Assembly: GCA_000002435.2 (NCBI GenBank)
Contig: CM018790.1
Strand: one strand, 5' to 3'
Length of the DNA stretch: 64,000 bases
Source: Giardia intestinalis
Lineage: Eukaryota
The notes under the pieces are model-generated. The model was not told the origin of the DNA. It saw only the letters and a program-made list of their open reading frames with translations, and searched no databases. Each line of letters starts with the position of its first letter. The stretch's first letter is position 1. Made by a program: the position numbers and the translations under genes. Shown here piece after piece: positions 57,808 to 64,000 of this stretch.

Positions 57808-58809
57808 ATGACGTCGATCCATAAGCTTTCAAAAGAGGAATCAAGCGCGTACTCTCAGGCATATAAGCCAGTGAATCCTGCCTTTGACACAGGTACACCG
57901 ATTCATTTCGAGAAGGTTAAATTTAAACTGCAGACAGCGTACGTCAATGCCTTCACGGTGGGAAATCAAGTTCTCGTATTCGGAGGGGGAGAAGCGGCTA
58001 GCTCAACACTTCATGTTATGAATAACATCGATGTTGGTTTTAAGGCAATCACCTTGCCCACAAGCCCGCGTACCCTACACGCATCTTGTCTTTTTAATGA
58101 GTATTATGTCGTGCATGGAGGAACGTCGGCCGGCTTTATCAACTTTAAGAAGGGGCTGTACCCTGGTTCCAGTCTACTTGTTATCAACCCCACGACGGGG
58201 GCCGTGACCGAACACACGTTGGGTGGACAGGTGCCGACTCCTCGGGCATCTCATCGTATAGCACAGTTGGACTCCTCCAACATCATTCTGGCAGGGGGAA
58301 TAGACGGTGAAGAGGCTTCACTAGGAGACACATACATAATCAATATGGTGACGTTTCACTGCGTCAGAGTATCTGACATGCCTATGCACATGGTGGCAGG
58401 GGTGCTTGCTAACGTGGAAGGGCAGGTGATTGCTTTCGGAGGGAGCACAACGCTGGGTAATTTCAACAGAGACATACTGCTCTTCAACAACGAAAGCGCC
58501 TCCTGGTCTCGCCTTTCCTTCATACCTTTTGAACCACGCAAGTCTTCTGCGTACACAGTGTACAATGGTATCATCTTCTGTTTTGGCGGTCGCAACGCCA
58601 TCAAGGAATTCAGTAGTGTGTGGGCATTTTCGCCTAGATTGATGGACTGGACGAGGATGAACATCGCCGGAAAGCTGCCAAATCTCTTTGGAGCCATCAT
58701 CTTCTTCTACCACGGGCAGCTCTTCGTCGCTGGGGGCTCTGCACGTCGCCCCAAGGCGTCGGATGTATATCGGCTCGATACACGTTCTCTCTTCGCTTCT
58801 CCTTATTAG
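57808..58809 (+). CDS. Kelch-repeat beta-propeller protein.
   Basis: About six repeats share the diglycine/aromatic kelch signature: VFGGGEAASSTLHVMN, VHGGTSAGF, LAGGIDGEEASLGDTYI, AFGGSTTLGNF, CFGGRNAIKEF, VAGGSARRPKASDVYRL. The ATG start follows gtgtaaaaaaatATG. Confidence 0.6.
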   Translation: MTSIHKLSKEESSAYSQAYKPVNPAFDTGTPIHFEKVKFKLQTAYVNAFTVGNQVLVFGGGEAASSTLHVMNNIDVGFKAITLPTSPRTLHASCLFNEYYVVHGGTSAGFINFKKGLYPGSSLLVINPTTGAVTEHTLGGQVPTPRASHRIAQLDSSNIILAGGIDGEEASLGDTYIINMVTFHCVRVSDMPMHMVAGVLANVEGQVIAFGGSTTLGNFNRDILLFNNESASWSRLSFIPFEPRKSSAYTVYNGIIFCFGGRNAIKEFSSVWAFSPRLMDWTRMNIAGKLPNLFGAIIFFYHGQLFVAGGSARRPKASDVYRLDTRSLFASPY

Positions 58810-59575
58810 CTATTGCCACCTCCCAGTGTGAATTAGAGTCTGTAGGCTTTAAGGCTTTCTATCTCTGCTGTGAGCCTCCTGAATAAAGTCAATCTGCTCT
58901 GTATGGATTGTTTTGCATGGTTAGGGTGAAGAGCTTTGGAATAACGATGGATGATTGGAGTACAAATGGCTGCCAGCAGGTGCCAGCATATAGTGCGCGG
59001 CAATGGTAGGGGATAATACAATAGGTAGGTTGCCTACGTTGTCTATGAATGCACTCTTGTCTAGGACATACTCTAGACGACTTCATCAATCTAGTTATCT
59101 GCATCGAGATGTGCAAGAACCGCAACTACTATAATAACTGCCTTATCCTACGTCTAAAAGTGATTCCTACACACCATCCCTAAACCTATCGAAGAATGCT
59201 TATGTTGAGTAAAACTCAAAACTCATGAATTCCATTTGTATGGAGTGCGATGGGTTATAGAGCTATTCCTTCTGTCTCAATGTAATTTTAGACACATGTT
59301 CAAGCCAGCTTATAGAGTCTAGACAACGAGGGTGCAATATAAGTTTGAGATATCTGTGAGTCCACAACGATGTGGAGTGAGTAAGAAGTGCACTTCTTTA
59401 GTGAATAAACCCAAGCTCAAGTTGCCATGAAAGATAGAGCCCAAAGCATAGAGATAAAAGAATCTACGCCAGACGGCCTTAATTTCGTGATCAAATCACT
59501 TAAACAATGGATATAGCGATGACTGCAAGGCCTCTTTGAGAACCGAAACACAGACAGCAGCTTTTAAACATAAAA

Positions 59576-60127
59576 ATGAATCGGAGATATAAGGACAGAC
59601 CCGAGCAAAGAGATGAAGGACCGCTCATTCACATCGGTAAGTTTCTTCATCCCTGTACTAACGACGGTTATAACGTTGCCGTCTTAGAGAGCACCAACAG
59701 AGATCTTGTCCCCAAGTTTAACTCTCCTGTGTATAATGACAAAGGAGCAGACGTTGGAATCATCGACGAGGTCTTTGGCCCCATCACAGGCTACTATTTC
59801 ACAGTAAAGCTCCATCCTAACGTTACTCCCAAGGGTTTCGCTGTTGGCCAGTCTTTTCAGATGCGCGAGGGACGAACAATGCCTCTGAGTCGCTTTACGA
59901 ATCCGCCTCCGCCTCCTCAACGTCAAGCTAAGCAAGGTGGAGCTCAAAAGCGACCCCAAGGAAAGCCAGCTGGGAAGCCGGGTAAACCAAACGATAGAAG
60001 ACGTGATAGTAAGGGGCCTAATCCCTTCAGTTTCACACGAGACGGTGGAAACCCTTCCCGCGACAGGCAAGGGCCGCGGCCTGGTAGCGGGGTTACACGC
60101 AATCGCTTTTCTCATGGTAGAGTGTAA
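59576..60127 (+). CDS. GAR1: H/ACA snoRNP subunit Gar1.
   Basis: The core block FLHPCTNDGYNVAVLESTNRDLVPKFNSPVYNDKGADVGIIDEVFGPITGYYFTVKLHPNV...PLSRF matches the conserved Gar1 domain (HPC...IPYFNAPIY...IGKVDEIFGP...YFSVKL). The C-terminus is a G/R/P/K-rich basic tail. The gene has the classic initiator cttttaaacataaaaATG. Confidence 0.8.
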   Translation: MNRRYKDRPEQRDEGPLIHIGKFLHPCTNDGYNVAVLESTNRDLVPKFNSPVYNDKGADVGIIDEVFGPITGYYFTVKLHPNVTPKGFAVGQSFQMREGRTMPLSRFTNPPPPPQRQAKQGGAQKRPQGKPAGKPGKPNDRRRDSKGPNPFSFTRDGGNPSRDRQGPRPGSGVTRNRFSHGRV

Positions 60128-60139
60128 ATTGCACGTGCT

Positions 60140-61450
60140 CTAGACGGCCTTCACGCTAGAGTGGTATGCCTGACGAGCTGATTCAACTGAATCTTCGCCT
60201 ACAGCGTTCTTGATTGGTGAGAAGTCTGTTGCTCTGTCGCTAATGATGATACCGAACCTCTCCAGCGGACAGAAGTGAAAGATATCAAAGATAAAGTGCT
60301 CTATCTTATAGACAGAGGGGATGGACAGGGTGATATTTGTCTTGTTCTCGTAGTCATAGATGCTTCCGCTTTTTATGGCGATGTGATAGGGCACCACCTC
60401 CACGTCAAGTTTCTCCATGTAACCCGCAACCCTTTCCAGATAGGCCAGCGATAACACATGGTTCATTATGTTGGCGTACTGGGAGGCGTAACTATAATCT
60501 GAAGGAAGTTCAGAGTACTCTAAGACGGACGGAGCTTGGTCAGGTAGCTGCAAATCAAGAAGGTCCCTCGGGACTAGCGGCGCTTGCCACTCTTGTGTGA
60601 TGCTTCGCACTCCAACAATACCCTCCTTCTTTCCAGACTGGCATGGGATTACGCGATTCAAGATGTCAAGAGATCGTAGCTTGGCAAACCCCACAGTCAA
60701 CTCATCGCACAAGGGTATCAGCGGATTGTCAACACCAACTATATGGAGAAACTCTACTCCTCGCGCTGACAGAGTTTTTAGCAGTTTTGCGTTCATCATG
60801 GCACGTAGAAAACCTGCATTCCCATTTGGAGCGGAGAAGACCTCTAGAGGCTTAGCAAGTAGTATCTTCCCATCAGCACTGAATGCTGGATAGTGGTCTT
60901 GGGTGCAGTAAAATATGAGCTCGTTAGGATAGCCAAAGTATGACTTTTCCCTTAGATGATCCTTTGTAGCCTGCTCTGTGGCCGGGGACAAAAGAATAAT
61001 GATTGGTATATTATGCCCCTTGTTGTGAACCCGGCGAATAAGGATTTCTAAGAGGCAGCCAGCACGTTCCCCAAAATTTATAGGGAAGACACCTTTTGGT
61101 ACAGATGCCCCTAACCGCGTTGCTTGGCCTCCTGCCATAATGAGGGCTGCAACCTTCCCTTCTTCAAGAAGCTTCTTTCCAAGATTGAATGCTTCGTCCT
61201 GTACACTCTGCTGTCCCTTATCTGGATATCCACAGATGTTAAGCACACGGCCTCCCAAATCTGGAAGGGGTTTGATGGTCATAGGAGAGCTACTAGTGAG
61301 TTGTGCAAAGTGCAAGGCGGGCTCAAAGCACACATTTTGGGCGCTCTTAAATACAGTGCAGCGATCCTCTGCAGAAAGTGATTGAAGATACTTTTGCAGA
61401 GATGGCTGTACCTCAGGGTTCTTCTTAAGAAACTCCTCCAGGCCTGGCAT
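60140..61450 (-). CDS. UAP: UDP-N-acetylglucosamine pyrophosphorylase (UAP; encystation-pathway enzyme).
   Basis: The nucleotidyltransferase motif ALIMAGGQATRLGASVPKG (L(X)2GGQGTRLG) is present. The overall length (436 aa) and blocks such as FSAPNGNAGF and VLEYSELP are typical of the eukaryotic UAP1/AGX family. The ATG start follows cagaaaaaaaATG. Confidence 0.8.
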   Translation of the reverse strand: MPGLEEFLKKNPEVQPSLQKYLQSLSAEDRCTVFKSAQNVCFEPALHFAQLTSSSPMTIKPLPDLGGRVLNICGYPDKGQQSVQDEAFNLGKKLLEEGKVAALIMAGGQATRLGASVPKGVFPINFGERAGCLLEILIRRVHNKGHNIPIIILLSPATEQATKDHLREKSYFGYPNELIFYCTQDHYPAFSADGKILLAKPLEVFSAPNGNAGFLRAMMNAKLLKTLSARGVEFLHIVGVDNPLIPLCDELTVGFAKLRSLDILNRVIPCQSGKKEGIVGVRSITQEWQAPLVPRDLLDLQLPDQAPSVLEYSELPSDYSYASQYANIMNHVLSLAYLERVAGYMEKLDVEVVPYHIAIKSGSIYDYENKTNITLSIPSVYKIEHFIFDIFHFCPLERFGIIISDRATDFSPIKNAVGEDSVESARQAYHSSVKAV

Positions 61451-61858
61451 TTTTTTTCTGCGCTCAGAGGTCTACTGGCCTTGCGAACTCTAGTCTAGCA
61501 TTAGTATTCATTAGCAGTAAAAGAATAGAAAGTATATTGGTGCAAAGAGAGAGCCTCGATACTGGGATGAATAGATGGAAGTGCTGGGAAGGTGCCACAA
61601 AAAGACACCAGTAGCCAGGCTTGCTTTGGCCGTGTGGATGACTGTGACCTAGTTTAGTATCTCTTAGCACCACACCACATATGTGAGCAACGCGAGATAA
61701 ATACGTGGTCTACATCTGCATCTGTTATCCTCAGGAGTGACTTTGTAAAATAGACAAGCAGGTGTTGCAACCGGGACTCCACTTTCTAATTATCAAAACC
61801 TTTTGGGGAGAGATTAATTGGCCTAAGATCGACAATTAATGTACTTTTACTTACCTAA

Positions 61859-62800
61859 TTATAACAGTCTCATAGCCCTTAATACAGAGGCAGCCATGAG
61901 AGTCGGGTAAAATGAGCGGTTGGCTTCAGGTGCATCAGGGGGGTTCTTCAGCTTGAGCTCATCCAGCATCTTTGCATTCTGTGATAAAAACGGATTAGAT
62001 GAAAGAATAAGTCTATTGCCGAGTTGAACCGTGTACCTGAACTCAGGCTGCTCCTTCACAATGCTGAGGGTGAACCGATATTCACTGGGTGACTTCATGT
62101 CAAAGCGCCACCCCGTGATCTGCTCGTAACGCTTCCGCATGTATAAAAGATATGCATAACACTTGGACTTGACCTTTGTGATTTCTTCCTGCCGATGGCG
62201 CGCAACCAGGTCCTTATTTTCTCCACTCTCCTCAGATACTTTAGGAGGACTTATCCCTGAAAGCGCCTTTTCCAGAAGATCTAAAGAGAACTTATCAGCA
62301 GGGGTTCCAGTGACCACCTCCACTATCATTCTTACACTATTCTCAAAACTCTGCAACTCTGCAACACGCTTCTCTAGTCCTTGATTTCTTTTAGATAAAT
62401 AGTCAATGTCAGACAGTTTCTGGCTGGCGTCTACAGTCACCCCGTGGGCTTCCTGAAGTTGCTTTGCCAAATTGTCAATCTCCTGCTGATATCTCTGAAT
62501 AGTCTCTGCTGCCATCTCCAGCTTCTTTTGAAGGCTGGCCCTCTGTTGATTGAGATCATTGATTAGAACCTCGTACCCAGCGGTCCTATTAAGTAGCTCT
62601 TGCATCTGAGAGCGAAGACCTTGGTTTTCTGCTCGTAATTGTTGGACTTCTTCTGCAAAGAAATTCATATTTGGTAAGGCGATCGTGGGCTGAACGTCCG
62701 ACTCCAGTTCATTGATTACTTCAAGTTCATCGCCCTCGTCAATCTTCCCAAGAATAGTATCCAAATCGTTAAGAAAGTCAAAATCTTGCTCGTCAGACAT
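61859..62800 (-). CDS. Hypothetical coiled-coil protein with an acidic N-terminus and a globular C-terminal domain.
   Basis: 313-aa ORF with an ATG start. Residues ~45-170 are heptad-rich (QQLRAENQGLRSQMQELLNRTAGYEVLINDLNQQRASLQKKLEMAAETIQRYQQEIDNLAKQLQEAH). No family was recognised. Confidence 0.4.
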   Translation of the reverse strand: MSDEQDFDFLNDLDTILGKIDEGDELEVINELESDVQPTIALPNMNFFAEEVQQLRAENQGLRSQMQELLNRTAGYEVLINDLNQQRASLQKKLEMAAETIQRYQQEIDNLAKQLQEAHGVTVDASQKLSDIDYLSKRNQGLEKRVAELQSFENSVRMIVEVVTGTPADKFSLDLLEKALSGISPPKVSEESGENKDLVARHRQEEITKVKSKCYAYLLYMRKRYEQITGWRFDMKSPSEYRFTLSIVKEQPEFRYTVQLGNRLILSSNPFLSQNAKMLDELKLKNPPDAPEANRSFYPTLMAASVLRAMRLL

Positions 62801-62849
62801 AGGATCTCGAACTCTGATTTTTGGTTTTGGTTTTAATATCAGCTCTCAC

Positions 62850-64000
62850 TTAATCCAGCCCTGTGCCACCGCCCCAGATGTCTCTTAGAAGCCTATCTGC
62901 TGTGCTTAGAACTGCACACGTATCTTGAGTGTCTTGGCATGCGCCCATCTCCTCTACAGTGGACTTTGGTCCAGATGGAGTTGGCTCTTCTGTGACCGCT
63001 GGAGAAGAAATATTAATGGGATTGATACTGTCTGCATCCCTGTTGAGATGCGAAACAGACATATTTGTGGTAGCCTCTTTGTCCTTTGGCTTAAACAGTC
63101 CCATCAGCAGATTGTTTTTGGTCCGTTGCCTTGCTTTCTTGTCGACTGCTTTACTTCTCAATCCATTACTCCCATCTTTACATACTTTCTTTTCACCAGC
63201 ATCTCTTGTTGACACTTTCCCAGCTTCAGTTTTGCTCTTCCGTGACTTAGTCAGCTGAGGCTGTATCTTCACAACCATACAGTCCGCTTGTTTCTTTCTT
63301 CGAGGCAGCTGACTGCCACAAAAGCCCCACCGACGTGGCCTCTCGAGTTCTTCGCCATAGTACTCAACGTTGTTAGCAAGTATCATGTGCTCTTTGAAAT
63401 GCATCTGGGACAGGGCACTTTCCAATTCTGGAACTCTTCTTCTGTCCACTATTTTAGCCTTAAGCTCATCCAGAAGGAGGTCCTGCCGTGCCACATACTT
63501 TTCTGATCTAAGCTTTTGGGCCATAAGGTCCTCCTCCGCCATCATCCACCTATCTTTCAGAAAGGAAATAACATTCTGCAAAACCTGTACATTCATGCTT
63601 GATGTAGCCTCATCGTTCTCCTTACTCAATTGATTAATTGCACCGGTTGCACTCGCTGAAGGCCATCCAGCCTCTCGAAATACATAATGCGTAGAGTAAG
63701 CAACGCATTCTAGAGATTTTCTCGTGCTTAGCTGGTTTTCTAGATGGTGCTTGAGTAGAGCAGTGGCTTGAAGCTCCGGTTGGCATGGAGACCTACAATC
63801 AGCGTTTAATGAATGCTTATCCTCTTCACAACATATGTTTGACAAGAGAAGATTTGGCTTGACAGTAATACTTTCATGCAAAGCATCCACATGAGAGTCA
63901 TTTGCAGATGCACTGGATGGGCTCTTCTCATTCAGATGTAGACAGCTTAGAGGTTCAAAATTAGGAACGCAAATTGGCGACAGAATCTTGTTTGTGTCAC
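62850..64000 (-). CDS. Hypothetical protein. The N-terminus probably lies beyond the window end.
   Basis: The track ORF starts with GTG at 63890. The same frame stays open (…NEKSPSSASANDSH|VDALHES…) up to the window edge. The first internal ATG is at about residue 97. The gene is therefore most likely 5'-partial in this window. No motif was recognised. Confidence 0.35.
   Translation of the reverse strand, partial: DTNKILSPICVPNFEPLSCLHLNEKSPSSASANDSHVDALHESITVKPNLLLSNICCEEDKHSLNADCRSPCQPELQATALLKHHLENQLSTRKSLECVAYSTHYVFREAGWPSASATGAINQLSKENDEATSSMNVQVLQNVISFLKDRWMMAEEDLMAQKLRSEKYVARQDLLLDELKAKIVDRRRVPELESALSQMHFKEHMILANNVEYYGEELERPRRWGFCGSQLPRRKKQADCMVVKIQPQLTKSRKSKTEAGKVSTRDAGEKKVCKDGSNGLRSKAVDKKARQRTKNNLLMGLFKPKDKEATTNMSVSHLNRDADSINPINISSPAVTEEPTPSGPKSTVEEMGACQDTQDTCAVLSTADRLLRDIWGGGTGLD

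Overview
The sequence looks like a gene-dense, intron-poor diplomonad nuclear locus, almost certainly Giardia intestinalis (lamblia).

Evidence for that assignment:
- A huge Cys-rich protein ends in a transmembrane helix followed by ...CRGKA*, the canonical variant-specific surface protein (VSP) tail, and an AGTAAAC poly(A) signal sits about 13 nt after its stop.
- A second CXXC/CXC-rich type I membrane protein lacks the CRGKA tail, which is how Giardia high-cysteine membrane proteins (HCMPs) look.
- There are NEK kinase genes fused to ankyrin repeats.
- Spacers of 20-90 bp carry AT-rich initiator-like stretches directly upstream of most ATGs.
- Several gene pairs are divergent or have overlapping convergent ends.

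About 35 genes are supported. Those with a confident family assignment:
- a P5A-type (Spf1/ATP13A1-like) P-type ATPase, 5'-partial at the window edge
- a divergently transcribed pair of paralogous septin/AIG1-superfamily GTPases with Cys-rich and coiled-coil C-terminal regions
- an Fcf2-like pre-rRNA processing factor
- TFIIH p44/Ssl1
- an alpha-adaptin
- an ABCA-like half transporter
- an HCMP
- an MFS transporter
- a CZIB/DUF866 zinc-binding protein
- a NEK pseudokinase with ankyrin repeats
- tRNA-Ala(UGC)
- an RWD-domain protein
- a kelch-repeat protein
- Gar1
- UDP-GlcNAc pyrophosphorylase
- the VSP itself

The rest are LRR, coiled-coil and hypothetical proteins.

The most striking structure is a ~9.7 kb unit at 34736-44421. 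Two >99% identical, GC-rich, apparently non-coding inverted repeats of ~1.25 kb flank a cassette. The cassette holds a VSP gene with 12.3 perfectly identical 249-bp (83-aa) tandem repeats and a NEK-ankyrin gene broken into at least four frames. AT-rich spacers of 0.2-0.75 kb, unusually long for this genome, lie outside both repeats.

The ORF track uses GTG/TTG starts. I moved several starts to the first ATG that follows an AT-rich initiator. The printed sequence appears to drop a base in a few lines (for example 47401 and 49501), so I followed the ORF-track coordinates there.
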